A stretch of DNA of 60,703 nucleotides, filler included, from Catajapyx aquilonaris (GCA_000934665.2; 2 parts of 2 records of this genome joined end to end with filler, not necessarily neighbours in it); one strand, 5' to 3'; counted from the first letter of the whole stretch, positions 26,821 to 38,730 are shown. The notes: generated from the sequence alone by a model not told the origin. A program made the numbers and translations.

Positions 26821-27671
26821 AGACAAAAAGTAGTGGTGCCATATGAACGTAGAAATTTAACGGATTTATATTTTTTTAAACGTATGAATGCATTTCGATT
26901 GCAGAGTTTCATTTTTTAAATGTGCCAATAAAATATATCCGTTAATATATTGTCTGTGGGAAAAATCCGTTTTTGGTTTTTGGCGCAAAAAATGTCGGTT
27001 TTTGAAATTATATTTAAAATTTGGCTCATTTTATGCTGGATTGTGAGTGCAAATGGGCATGTCGAACACTGCATGTGTATGAGGACATCAACAGAGCATT
27101 CTCCAATAATGATGCCTTATTGCGACCTGGAATCTTACACTACATATAAAAGGGAAAGTCTGTCTGTATTACCGGGTCCTGGATTGGGCTTTCCTCCCCC
27201 ATTTCATCTCGTGCAGAGTTGGGTCGTCTCTGGCTCCATCTTGGGTGGAACCTCCCCTAGACTAATGGTCCAGCACTTGCACCTCTCCTCCTGGCCAGCC
27301 ACCCTGCCCTGAACCATATGGAACGGGAACTTTGCGTGAACATTGTCACAAGTGTGCCGAGGAGACTGGCCGCTTTCATCTATTCTGCCGGAGACATTGC
27401 ATAGCATATTGAAAACTCAAATTGACAACAGACCAGATCTCTAGACTACGAATAAGAACTAGGATCACTACCCCTTCTTCTGATGCCGTTTCACAATTGA
27501 ACAGATTCCACTTAATTAACCCAAATACAAGGGAAGTAGTGTCTTGCTGGTGGGACCAAAAAAAAACAATATTTCACCCTTGTATGGAAGATTCTGCTAT
27601 ATGTCCAGGTTAGACAGGTTTTACCAAGGATGAACTGGTTATTCTCACAGGAACTGATGCTTCTATTGTAC

Positions 27672-28110
27672 TCATTCGAGCAAAATACTTAAAGAGTCTC
27701 AGAAAATGTTGATATCAAGAACGCAGCTCTCAAACTTCGAGAGTGAATAGGTGGTACATAAGCTCAACATGTGCCATGTGGTCCTCTCGGAGAAGCTGGA
27801 CCATACTGTTTCATGTATCTGCAAGGAGCAAGAATATATTGTAACAGCAAGAAAGCCATAAAACTCCAGATAGCATAATCTTGGAGCTGGACGGCCCATG
27901 TGAGAGCTCCAGGCTGCAGCTCGGACAGTAGAACAGCTTGTCCCAGGTTGGCTTCAATTCTTGTGAATGTACTGTATTTTGTGCTTCTGATTCCAGCTCA
28001 TTCTGGTCATCTTGAAAATATGGTAGGAATTTTGGTTGTACACCAATGGCCTTTGGGTCCTGTTTCCAGCCAAGGTGACTGACGACATTGTTGATAGAAG
28101 TAGCTGGAGG
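27672..28110 (-). pseudogene. Decayed genomic duplicate of the first two PSME4 coding exons and their intron
   Basis: Colinear similarity to about 26095-26520 (TCTTGGAGCTGGACGG, GAGAGCTCCAGGCT.CAGCTCGGACAG, TGGTTGTACACCAA, GACGACAT) with many indels. Confidence 0.85.
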
Positions 28111-29258
28111 TGAGCAAGTTTTTAAATGCTTTCCCTGTCACTAAACTTTACTCCAAAATGAAACATCATCCTTCCGCACATGATTCTGCCCAAATCGCAG
28201 TGTGCTGAAAAAGTAGGAAGGAAGGAATAAAGGTACAGTCTACTAATAAAATTACATTAATCCTGCACCCAGCGCAAAGATAAAGCATTATTGTAATACC
28301 ATCTGATTCTTGCAGGTGATGAATGAGCACCTTGTTAATTCAAGTGACATGAATATTGTGAAATGCATGCAGGATTGGAAAATGCATGCGCATGCTTCAG
28401 ACATCTTTGCCTGGTACTAAAAATTTGCTCTACACAAGTTCCTAAGCACCATTAATGGAGCTTCGTGCCTCAAATTTTAATGTGCTGTAATTTCTAATGC
28501 AGTCAATTATCTGGCAAAACGATACATCAATACATATTAGTAATATTACACATTTTTTTACAATTAATCAGAGAGAAATAAGATCACGCTGGTAAAGTGG
28601 TAATACAAGTGTAGCAACCGAGTCATATGGAATGGTTCCTATTATGTATCTGTTCCGCATCTTGTTCCTGAGTTGTTTGGAATGGAATCAGTTGATTGAC
28701 TGTCCTGCAAGCAGACCTTTACACCTCTAGTGGGAAAATATTATAGACCTCAGAGTTGAAACGTGACCTTCATTGAGTAGGCCTATAGCCATGTTGGATT
28801 AGGGTTGAAATTGTGCAGTCTTTGGCTGGACATGAACCAGTCCTTTCCAGCATCGGTTGCTTCACAATAGTAAATTAATTAATAGTATCAGTGTATTACA
28901 CAGTGCAAGTAGTGGTCCACTCCCATTTGGCAGCTGTTGATAAACTTGTTGAATTAAATCCTGAGGCAGGACTGTAACGGCAACTAAATAATGATGATAT
29001 GTCAGGGTATTACTCAGCATTCCAGGAAAAGCAGTTTTCATATTCAGTGTCCTTAGGATCAAAAAGGATGAAAGTTGCATTTTGGAGTCACTTGTATTAT
29101 TGTGGGTTTTTATGTACAATGTATCTATTAAAATGCTTGCGGACTATGTATTGTATAAGCACTTGCACCTGTGTCCCCTCCCAAATCCGCCCATCCTTAC
29201 CCTACATCCTTAATGTCCTTGCATGGAGTCTGAAGAAAAATTGGAAAACCATTCAAAT

Positions 29259-29610
29259 ATAATAATAATAATAATAATGCAAGGGTAATATGTGCTTTCG
29301 CCCCCACCTGGGGGCATATCGCACGAACCTTTATTTGAGGATGGTACATTTGGAGCCTATTCATTTGAAATGCCCGGGCCCACGGGCAGGATGACAGAAG
29401 GGGATGTGCAAGGTGCAGTGCAATGCCTTAAACATGGCCATTTTTAGTGAACTCCCCCGTAGTCTGTGGAAATACCACCCGAGACAAAGCCAGAGGTGAC
29501 CATGAACTCTGCACGAGATGAAGGGGGTGTCCCCGGGCTGGGATCGAACCAGGCTGGGACCTTAACATCCGTGGGCGCATACGTTACCGCAGCACCACTT
29601 CACCTCCCCT
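29259..29610 (-). mobile_element. tRNA-derived SINE, family B, nested in an older SINE remnant
   Basis: The head is the reverse complement of the 21838 copy. 14-bp TSD AAAACCATTCAAAT, with a tandem-repeat tail. Confidence 0.75.
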
Positions 29611-30221
29611 AAAACCATTCAAATGGTGGTAATCCACCCCCCTAAAAGGGCTTCGTTCCCTCCAATGGAGTAAACAATAAATAAACAAACAAACAAACAA
29701 ATAAATAAATAAATATTAATTAATAAAGGTGACCATCAAGAATTTACACCTGAGTTTTTTTTTTTTTTTCATGACAGGAAATAAACGCAGAACTTTGAAA
29801 AAAAATCCACAAAACCTTTTTAAAATTTGTACTCGAATAAGAATTTTTTCAATTTCTGTCATTTTCCTCCCATAATAATCACCCAACAATTCACGTATTG
29901 TCAACAGCGCATAGTTTGAGAACGGAGGCTCCTACAGAGATCCGGTTTGGACCGGCCGCTTTGTCAAAGAGGCTGGTCCAAACCGAATCCCTGCATGTTC
30001 GTGACAAAAAAATAAAAATAAATAAAGTACAATGACATCACACGTCTGGCGAAGCAGTCATGCCTAAATGTGACATGCATTAATGTAAGCCACTAAAGTG
30101 CAGCAGTACGGCTGAACAGAGTGATGAGGTGTCTGATGATGAATGATGTGATGATTTTGTAACACTAAATATGCCTATAATTCAGAAAAAAAAGTTTGTT
30201 AATGTTCATAACATATGTATA

Positions 30222-30582
30222 CAGGGTGAATACTGTAACTTTGGCAAAAATCACAGGGTGGGTAGTGTGGACCAAGACAAGTATTTTTGACATAGAAACC
30301 CATGTCCGGAAATGNNNNNNNNNNNNNNNNNNNNNNNNNNNNNNNNNNNNNNNNNNNNTTAATTAATTAANNNNNNNNNNNNNNNNNNNNNNNNNNNNNN
30401 NNNNNNNNNNNNNNCGCACTCACTCACTCGATTTGTAAACAGTGGCAACAATGGAAGCACTCTCCATGTGCTGATGTTTGAATTGGCCCGCCGGACGGGG
30501 TTGCCAGGGAACGGGCTACAATATAAGCAGCTTAGGCCGAATTTGTCAATAACTAAAACGACAAAAAAGTTTGATCACCCTG
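30222..30582. mobile_element. Tc1/mariner-type MITE ends flanking an assembly gap
   Basis: TA-CAGGGTGA ... TCACCCTG-TA. 30415-30582 nearly matches the right arm of the element at 47084-47448. The two ends may belong to different copies. Confidence 0.6.
30315..30414. other. Assembly gap with an artificial TTAATTAATTAA spacer
   Basis: 44 N + TTAATTAATTAA + 44 N gives exactly 100 bp. Confidence 0.9.
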
Positions 30583-30769
30583 TATATACTGAGGGAGGGG
30601 AGATATAAATTCTTTTCCGTGCCACAATTTCACCCCGTCGTTTGGGTGAGAATGGGCCACCCTATTTAAATGCTTGAAATAAATAGGAAACGAGTCATGG
30701 GTACACTGTCCATAAAAATGAGCATCTTTAATATGCGAAGAAATTATTTTTGAAACATGGTGCAATTAG

Positions 30770-32280
30770 TGTAGGTGACGAGGCGAGATTGTGCCACTGT
30801 TTTTTCCAGTTTCCCCCGATTATTTCCATGATTTTCATGTGTGACAGTGATGGGAAGGTAGACGTGGAGAAGATCTGTCAGAAGCTTTGGCAGAAATCAT
30901 GGCTAACATGCTGCGATGAAAAAAGAGTAGATAATTGGATGTGAGCAAAGGGATCAGACGAGGATTACTGCAGCTAGCGCCACGGCGACGAAAGAGAACA
31001 CTGAACCTGATCGAAATGGAGCGTCAACTGGAGAATAAAATCGGATGGCTTATGTCCGCGAATGTCAAACTGGGTGGAGGAAGGAAAAAATTAATATTAA
31101 TGCATTTTTTCATAATTTTGAGCCAGTGACTTGGACAGATCTTGCGCGTCATCATAAACCATGTGTTTTATCAAGATGAATGAATTCAAGGGTGTCCTTG
31201 AAGTGCTTTTAAACATAACGTGATTCATAACTGGGCATTTTTATTGACGACTTGCCTCATGCTGAGGAAGAAACAGCCTTTGTTCTCCACGACCCATTTA
31301 AAGCAGTCCATCCCTAATATTACCTTCAGTCTTACCAGTAATACTGTCAAACTGGGTGAGATGGTGCCACATTTTGAGGTTTTTCTTATGAGCAAACCAG
31401 AATAATTGATCTATTGGAACGAAATTTATATGCAGCATTATTTCTGCATCAACTGCAATGTCACTTAAAACCACCCACACACCACCCATAATACCACTGA
31501 AAAATAATTGGGCAGAGTAGCCGACTCATGGTATGTTCCCACGAAGTGGCTAAATAATTATGCATTATGTTCCCTCCCCAAAAATCCCTATCCCTACCCT
31601 ACATCCTTGACTCCTTGCACCGGTGAATGAAGTTAATATATGAAAATGGAGTGAAATGGTGGTATTCCACCCCCCTAAAAAGGCTCAGCCTTATCACGGG
31701 GTAACGTAAAAATAAAAAAATAAAAAAAGAATAATAATTATGCATGTGATTAGGAAGGGACTGTATTAAATGTGTCGTGGAGAACAAAGACGGTTTCTTC
31801 CCCATCATGAGGCAATTCGTCAATAAAAATGCCAAGTTATGAATCCAGCGATGCTTACAAGCACTTCAAGGACACCTCCTTCCCTTCCTTCACCTTGATA
31901 AAACACACTGTTTATAGTCACATGCATGATCTGTCCAAGTCACTGGCTCAAAATTATGAAAAAATGCAATTGCATAAATTTTTCCCTTCGAAAAAGGCAG
32001 CCGTACGTGGGCCATCCGATTTTTATTTGTCAGTACCTCTGTCGCAGTCGGTTCGATCAGGTTTGATGTTCTCTTTCGTCGCTGCGACTATATAGTGGAG
32101 CTGGTTGCAGCATTATTTTTGTTACATCCAATTATCTACTCTTTTTTTCATCTCAGAATGTTGAACTTGAATTTCCCCAAAGCCTCCCACCGATCTTCTT
32201 CAGGTAAACTCCTCTCATTACTGTCACACAAGAAAATCAGTGAAATAATGGAAAAAACAGTGGCACAATCTCTCCTTGTC
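30770..32280. repeat. Long diverged inverted repeat (foldback-like)
   Basis: The arm at about 30770-31310 is the reverse complement of about 31755-32280 (GAGATTGTGCCACTGTTTTTTCC versus GGAAAAAACAGTGGCACAATCTC; GGTGTCCTTGAAGTGC versus GCACTTCAAGGACACC). Confidence 0.75.
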
Positions 32281-32559
32281 AAGTCCCCCTTTTTCATTCA
32301 TTGGGTCATAGCTCAAAAACAAATGCAGATTTAAAAACCGTCAACTCGTATTTACTACCTTCATTAATGCGGTTATCAAAATATTAACTTACCTGGTAAC
32401 GAGAAGCAACCAACGACTCACGGCAACCAACACTATACCGCCAAGTGCAAAACTTGACAAAAATCTAAATTTCAACAATAATTTATTTGACGAGCCTTAT
32501 GGCAACAAATTGCGAATTCTCTTCGTGATTGTCAACCTTGTACATTTATCAATGTAATG

Positions 32560-32800
32560 GAATATGCTTAATTTCGCTAGTTTATGCCTGCTGCCAGTAG
32601 GGTGCGTTGTGATCCCAAAAAACGCGCTGGCACAATCTCTCCCCACATGGCACAATCTCCCCCCGTTTGAAGGTATGTTATTGCTTGTCGTACAGCTCGT
32701 TCATCAAAAACCTTATTCAGCATTTGGTGGGTGGCAGCCAAAGTTTTGTTGAGCTTGAAGCAAAATTTGATGCAAGTCCTTTGCTCCTTAACATCAACAA
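32560..32800 (-). mobile_element. Mariner transposase N-terminal remnant
   Basis: KEQRTCIKFCFKLNKTLAATHQMLNKVF resembles the mariner N-terminal HTH region. Confidence 0.7.
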
Positions 32801-33224
32801 TTTCGAAATATCGCAGAAACACAAAAACACTGTAAAGAAAACTGTCAAAACTCTGAAACATGTGCACCTGAAGATACTATTTTTCAGACTAATAGCTGAA
32901 GGGTGCACCTAGCACCCCCTAGAGTCACAAGTTCGTACCTCTACTGGTTTTCACGGTATATCAAAATTCTCGTAAAATTTGGGTAGCACCTCATATAGAT
33001 GAATTTTTAAAACGAGCGCAAACGATTGCGCATCCACACTCCTGCAAGTACATTGTTCCGACAACAGAGTTGCCACACTTACTCCTCAGGAGCCAAATTC
33101 ACATGGGGTAGCCTCTAAGGTTCGTTCCAGAGCCTTGGCAAAGTTGCAAAAGTCGGCCATATGGTTACCCCCTCAAGTTTAGTGTGCGAGCTGTGTTGCG
33201 CACTTGGTTGTGTCGATTAAAATA

Positions 33225-34092
33225 CAGTAAAACCCCTGTTGTTGGACACCCCTACATGTTGGACACCCCTGTGTGTTGGACATTTTTGGTGGAACCATGG
33301 AAAAGCCTATCCATTTGTATGGGCACATTAGCTCTTAAGTTGGGCACCCCTCTATCCTGGAAGTTGGATGCTTTTTGTCACCTAAGTTGGACAGGTACAC
33401 AGTGAATAGGATCAAAAATCTCCATCCAGCGTTCCAGCCTGCTGATTTTTCAGGCCATTTGAAGTTTTTGCCCTTTCTGAGGACTATCAATGCGAGTTAG
33501 CCACTGCAAGTGACATGATCAGCTATGATAACATCTTAACAACCGAAGATGGATGTGATGGGAATCTAGACGAAGTGTTAAAGCAAGTGATGCAAGAATC
33601 AGAAAGTGAGTCAGACAGTGAAGTGAGTGAGACCGAGGCAAGTGGTTGTGACGATGGGCCGCTTTCCCACAAGGATGCTGTATAGTAGAGGGCATTAAGC
33701 AATTGGAGCGATATGCCTTGGCCTCCCACCCAAAAGTGATGGACACCATTTATGCAGCCCGAAAACTCATCGAAACTGAACTCATGGTGTCTACGGTGGC
33801 CAAACTGAAACAGTCCAGGCTGACTGATTTCTTTTGTAAAAAGTGGGGGTCCATATCGCAGAATTATGTAACGCTGTACTGTACTGTACTTTAGTCCCAT
33901 ATGTTCTCTACGGATAATACTGTACATATATGTACTGTACACTACGTACTGTAAAATTTTTTATGAAGGTGTTTTTATCATGGGCATGCATGACCGTACC
34001 CTGTACAGTACCTATCTCTCTAAGTTGGACACCCCTCTATGTTGGACATTTTTTGTGGAACCGTGAGTGTCCAACTTAGAGGGGTTTTACTG
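33225..34092 (+). mobile_element. Pogo/Tigger-like internally deleted DNA transposon
   Basis: TA-CAGTAAAACCCCT...AGGGGTTTTACTG-TA with subterminal GTTGGACA repeats. An acidic tract and KLKQSRLTDFF resemble a Tigger transposase C-terminus. Confidence 0.8.
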
Positions 34093-34384
34093 TATTCATC
34101 TATGCGTATAGAGAAACAAGTGTAACCTTTATCCAGTGTTCATTGTGACATAATTGTAAATAGTGTTACCGTACTGCCTTAGCACTTAAAGCTGGTGTAG
34201 TCGATGTTGACCAGTTTTTAGAAATTCATGATCTGGTGGCTATACCGCCATGCACGTCTAAATGAGGTATGAAAGGCTACAATTTCTCACATTATTTTAG
34301 TACGGGACCAAAAGCATTCCATATTATTCCACGACCTCGGATCAAAATCATAGAAATCTACCTGGAGGTAGATTTCCATGATTT

Positions 34385-34729
34385 TTAACATGTAAGATTA
34401 TGTGCAATCTTTGTACAGTACCGTATTACCTCACATAAAGTGGCATGCTGGTATAACCTGTGGGGTGGCCGGCATGCCGCAATAACTGCTCAGTTATTGC
34501 GGCATGCCGGCCACCCCACAGGTTATACCAGCATGCCGCTTTAAGTGAGGTAATACGTATTCTTTATTTTTGAGGGTATCCCAGAATACCGAATGTACCA
34601 ATTATTCAGATTTTTTGTGCTATATGTGGCAAGCTTAAATTCTGTGACATAATCTTGTACGCTGTAAAGGGACAGTCTCCCGCCCATACGGCCTTGGGCC
34701 CAGGGTGAGGTAATAAAACTATTATTAAA

Positions 34730-34816
<87 letters not shown>

Positions 34817-34860
34817 GTGAGGTAATACGGTACAAAGATTGCACATTATTTTGCATGTTA
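34385..34860. mobile_element. Palindromic MITE interrupted by a short retroposed fragment with an (ATT)n tail
   Basis: Near-perfect hairpin at about 34420-34557. The insert 34558-34814 is flanked by the 15-bp duplication AAGTGAGGTAATACG. Outer arms are TGTGCAATCTTTGTAC / GTACAAAGATTGCACA. Confidence 0.7.
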
Positions 34861-35546
34861 CCTGATGTGAATTTTAGCAACCACAAAAATTCTTGCATTT
34901 TCGCAATGATTCTTCAAGTCTTAATGTACTAATGTTTAAATCTTACTGACATTGAATTGTTAGTTTAGGGTATCAGGAAAAAACAACCAACTAATGTAAA
35001 TAGCTGGAATTACTCTGACAATGTGAATGGTGAGACTGATGTCTTACATGGCCAGAATCATGGACCAGGGAGTGATGTGAATACGACACAAAGTGCAATC
35101 TGTACCAGGAAGACAGGCTAATGTGAGTTAATATTTAGACCAGCTCTTATAATAACTCATTTTAGCTCAAGAGGCAATTTGTACTAGTCAAACCAGTACA
35201 GTACAGTCATGAATACAGCAGCATCATTTTACTAATGCATTACATGTTAAATTTCAGCTGCTACTTCTGCTTCAGTTGGATCTCAAATTCTTACTTCTGT
35301 CAACTTCCAAAGCAATATATTGGGATGAGTCAATGGCTGTGGACCAAATCAAAATTAATCAGAAGAGTACTTTTGGACTGAGGAAGTGTTAGTAAAGGCA
35401 GAAAATGTGGATAATTCTGAAAACAAGGTGAGGAAAAAGGTCACGCAGGCTTTCATGGGCTGGTCCTTGTCTCTGAAATTCACCTATTAGGTCTGGCCAC
35501 CCTGACCTTGGCCCGAGCGGGACTCTGCAAGTGACATTGGACACAG

Positions 35547-35727
35547 GCTTATGCTGCCATCAGATGTAAGAAGACAGTAACTCAAAAACTAGTAAAGGTG
35601 AAAGTCGCAGCACCCCCTGCACTAATCCCCTCTGAGTCAGGGGGGATTAGTGCAAGGCATGCATGTGACTTTCACCCTCATTAGTTTTTGAGTTAAGGTC
35701 TTCTTACGTCTGACGGCAGTATAGGCT
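35547..35727. mobile_element. Small palindromic MITE
   Basis: GCTTATGCTGCCATCAGATGTAAGAAGAC ... GTCTTCTTACGTCTGACGGCAGTATAGGC, with an inner hairpin. Confidence 0.65.
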
Positions 35728-35906
35728 TAATACCAATATTTAAGTGGCAGACAAGTGTGTCCACCTGCTGAACTACCATTCTCATGTTTTGTTTCTGCCA
35801 AAAACTGCATCACAGTTCTATCATATTGAATGTCCTTTGTAGCTATGAAAAGACAATGTGAGGGATCACATGCTAGATGGTGCTCCCATTCTAAAAAATT
35901 TGGTTT

Positions 35907-38366
35907 TGTAGTGTCCAGGCAACTGGCTGTTGATGGTTGCCTGGTCACTGCATTATTGATGTTGTTGACTTGTTGGGTAGTTCGATACTGGCCGTTCTCC
36001 TGATCGGACACTGTGTAGTTGTTGTCCTGAATACAGTTCCAAACTGGTTCTTATACCCTTCCCCGTGTGTTATTCTGTGGTGTGTCTGACGTACTCATCG
36101 TGGGGCACTACAAATTGGTGTCAGAAATTGGGATAGCGAAACCGCCGGTTCGGAAGTTGCGAGGAAGATGGCATTCCTCGATCAGCTGAGAGCCATTCTT
36201 GGGGAAGAGAGGTGCGGCAAAGCTGAAGAGAGCTGTGGAGCCAGCCAAGTACATTGGAAGGATGTATTGGTGGAAGGACTGAGGCGCAGGATGGAGGCCA
36301 GCAGGGAGGAGAGAACTCCGGGTAGGTGGCAGGGAAGCAACGGGGGTCGAGTTGGAGACTACCAGGCGTTGCGAGGTGACCACCTGCCCGATGGAAGAGC
36401 ATCCATGGAGGAGAAACTCCGGAGAAATATGCGAGGCGAGTTCGTGATGCGGATGCAGATGGCCGAGGAGGCTGATCGTCAGAGCCACGACGAGGGGCTG
36501 CAGGCCTGGGAAGACGAGTTGTCGCGCAAGTACTTGGAAGCAAGGAAGGCGATGTTTGCGAGAGTTGCTGTGTTCCAAACAAACCGGAAAGAGCCAATGG
36601 AGCTAACTGTGGAGCCAACAATGAGGGACAAGGTGACGTTGCCACAAGACAGCGAAGGAGGCGGCGAGTCGACGTTGCCAGACAACGGCAGAAGGGAGCT
36701 GTCGAGATGGGACACTGGGACGTCCGAGTGTGGGGCCAGCCAGGACAGAGCTGCTGAGTTGGAGCTGCCGATGTCTGGCTGGGAAGGAGTTGACAGCGGG
36801 GGGAAGGTGACCTCTACTGTTGAAGTGACCAGCTGCAGGGGTTTCCAAGAGATGGGAAACCCCAGGAAGATTCCTGACATGGTCATCCCGGGATTACGTT
36901 TACCATTCGTTTCCGGGGTGGACTTGCTGCAGGGGAATCGTGCTGGAGAAGAAAGGCTACATAGCTGCATCGTCGTGATGGAGGGCAAGGAGGGGCCCAG
37001 GTGCGATGGTACTGTATCGCAGCCAGCGACGGAGCAGCCAGAAGGTGACTATGGAGAGACCAGGGGTGTGACCAGGCAGGACATCGAGGCGGAGATGGAG
37101 CTGGCGATGCCGAGCCTGAAAGAAGGCTGTACCGTCGCAGCCAAAGAGATGGCCAGGTGCGACATGGGGATGCTGCACCTAGTGACAGAGCAGCCAAAGC
37201 GTGAAGCTGGGGAGCCCAAGAGTGAGGACAAGGAGGACATCGCAGCGAAGATTGAGCTGCCGGTGTCAACCAGGAAAGAAAGCTGCACTTTCCCGTCAGA
37301 GGGTAAAGACGAGGCCCTGGTGCGAGGAATGTTTGCCGCACCTGTGGTGATGGTGATGCTGATGCTGATGGTGCTGGTGATGTATTCGTCAAGATGCTGC
37401 AGAGAACCAGATATCATGCAGGTCCAGGTGCCAGCGACGAGAGATCTGGAAACCGGCGAGAATACCTTGAGGCCAAGGAAGAAACGACCGAAGGCAGATG
37501 ATCCCGTGACTTTGCTGTTGCCAACGCAGGCTGATGAGGGTGAAGATGAAGAGGCTACTGCGAAACAGAAGAGGAAGGCGAATGTCCGGTGCCGGGAAGA
37601 GGATGCCGAAGCGTTGTACCATCCAGTTGGGGGGCAAGAAGATGCTGGGGGGATTCGAGAGGAGAGCCTACTGGAGAAGCACTGTGCCCACCAGGCTGAG
37701 GAGAAGAGTCTGGAGAACGAGAATGACCCAGAGATTGGTGAGCAAGCAGATGCAGATGTTTATCATGAAGAGACTGGTGGTCAACCTGATGCTGAGCGTG
37801 AGAAGTCTGGTGGTGATGCTGGTAGTCATGCAGATGCTGGTGGTCATGCAGATGCTGGTGACCCAGAGAAGCCCGTAGAAGACGAGCTGTGGGACGACAC
37901 AACGGAATGTGACCTTGGGAAGCTCCTGAAGGAAGTTGCAGAGGGTGACAAGGATGAAGCTGCAGAGTTCACAAGTGGAGAAGCAGCAGCATCAGATGCA
38001 GAAGATCGTGTGCAACTGGAGCAAGAAAGAAACTCCAGCTGGAGAGGGCCAGTCTGGAGGACCTGGAGAAAGAAGAAGAAAAAGAAAAATGGGGTCCAGG
38101 CTGGAGGAAGAGGATTGTTGGAACGAGATAGTTCTAGTTCCATTTCTAAGGGGGGAAGAATGTAGTGTCCAGGCAACTGGCTGTTGATGGTTGCCTGGTC
38201 ACTGCATTATTGATGTTGTTGACTTGTTGGGTAGTTCGATACTGGCCGTTCTCCTGATCGGACACTGTGTAGTTGTTGTCCTGAATACAGTTCCAAACTG
38301 GTTCTTATACCCTTCCCCGTGTGTTATTCTGTGGTGTCTCTGACGTACTCATCGTGGGGCACTACA
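35907..38366 (+). mobile_element. Young non-autonomous LTR retrotransposon with Gypsy-like cis signals, 2460 bp
   Basis: 206-bp LTRs at 35907-36112 and 38161-38366 (TG...CA, one mismatch) and a 4-bp TSD GTTT. PBS TGGTGTCAGAA.TTGGGAT resembles the tRNA-Leu type. PPT AAGGGGGGAAGAA abuts the 3' LTR. Confidence 0.95.
36168..38165 (+). CDS. Uninterrupted 665-aa ORF of the LTR element, unknown function
   Basis: Fills almost the whole internal region and stops in the first bases of the 3' LTR. Acidic and low-complexity, with an internal repeat of about 52 aa, one hydrophobic segment and basic NLS-like clusters. No CCHC, DTG-in-protease context, YxDD or DDE motif was recognised. Confidence 0.7.
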   Translation: MAFLDQLRAILGEERCGKAEESCGASQVHWKDVLVEGLRRRMEASREERTPGRWQGSNGGRVGDYQALRGDHLPDGRASMEEKLRRNMRGEFVMRMQMAEEADRQSHDEGLQAWEDELSRKYLEARKAMFARVAVFQTNRKEPMELTVEPTMRDKVTLPQDSEGGGESTLPDNGRRELSRWDTGTSECGASQDRAAELELPMSGWEGVDSGGKVTSTVEVTSCRGFQEMGNPRKIPDMVIPGLRLPFVSGVDLLQGNRAGEERLHSCIVVMEGKEGPRCDGTVSQPATEQPEGDYGETRGVTRQDIEAEMELAMPSLKEGCTVAAKEMARCDMGMLHLVTEQPKREAGEPKSEDKEDIAAKIELPVSTRKESCTFPSEGKDEALVRGMFAAPVVMVMLMLMVLVMYSSRCCREPDIMQVQVPATRDLETGENTLRPRKKRPKADDPVTLLLPTQADEGEDEEATAKQKRKANVRCREEDAEALYHPVGGQEDAGGIREESLLEKHCAHQAEEKSLENENDPEIGEQADADVYHEETGGQPDAEREKSGGDAGSHADAGGHADAGDPEKPVEDELWDDTTECDLGKLLKEVAEGDKDEAAEFTSGEAAASDAEDRVQLEQERNSSWRGPVWRTWRKKKKKKNGVQAGGRGLLERDSSSSISKGGRM

Positions 38367-38670
38367 GTTTGAAATTTACATGTCTTTTGCTAATACCCAC
38401 AGCATATTTGGAATTGATTTATGACTAACTCAAAGCTTGACTTGCTAAAGTGCCAAATCCTTCCTTCCAGTCCATTAAATTTCTGAATTTGAAAGGTGTT
38501 GCTCTTTTTCTTTTGCAGAGGAGGTGGAATCTAGAAATGAAGGAAGAGACTGACATAAATATTGATGAAATTTCCTGCCTCAAAAATGATGGCATAGATG
38601 CAGAAGATAGCACTGTGGCTAAAGCAGGTATGATTATGGTACACATGTCTATAAATGAATGGCTCAGAAG

Positions 38671-38730
38671 CTATATCCTCCTGAGACCTGATGTCCAATA
38701 TATTGGACATCAGGTCTCAGGAGGATATAG
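38671..38730. repeat. Perfect 60-bp palindrome with no spacer
   Basis: CTATATCCTCCTGAGACCTGATGTCCAATA followed immediately by its exact reverse complement. Confidence 0.95.

Noticed and set aside
30359..30370. TTAATTAATTAA island between N runs
   Set aside because: It sits in a symmetric 100-bp gap and has stops in all frames, so it is a scaffolding spacer rather than biology.
34541..34846. Poly-Ile hydrophobic ORFs (also 22080..22310)
   Set aside because: These are translations of (ATT)n/(TAA)n retroelement tails.
36108..38176. Multiple antisense and alternative-frame ORFs over the LTR internal region
   Set aside because: They are shadow ORFs of a GC-rich, purine-biased sense ORF with no independent motifs.
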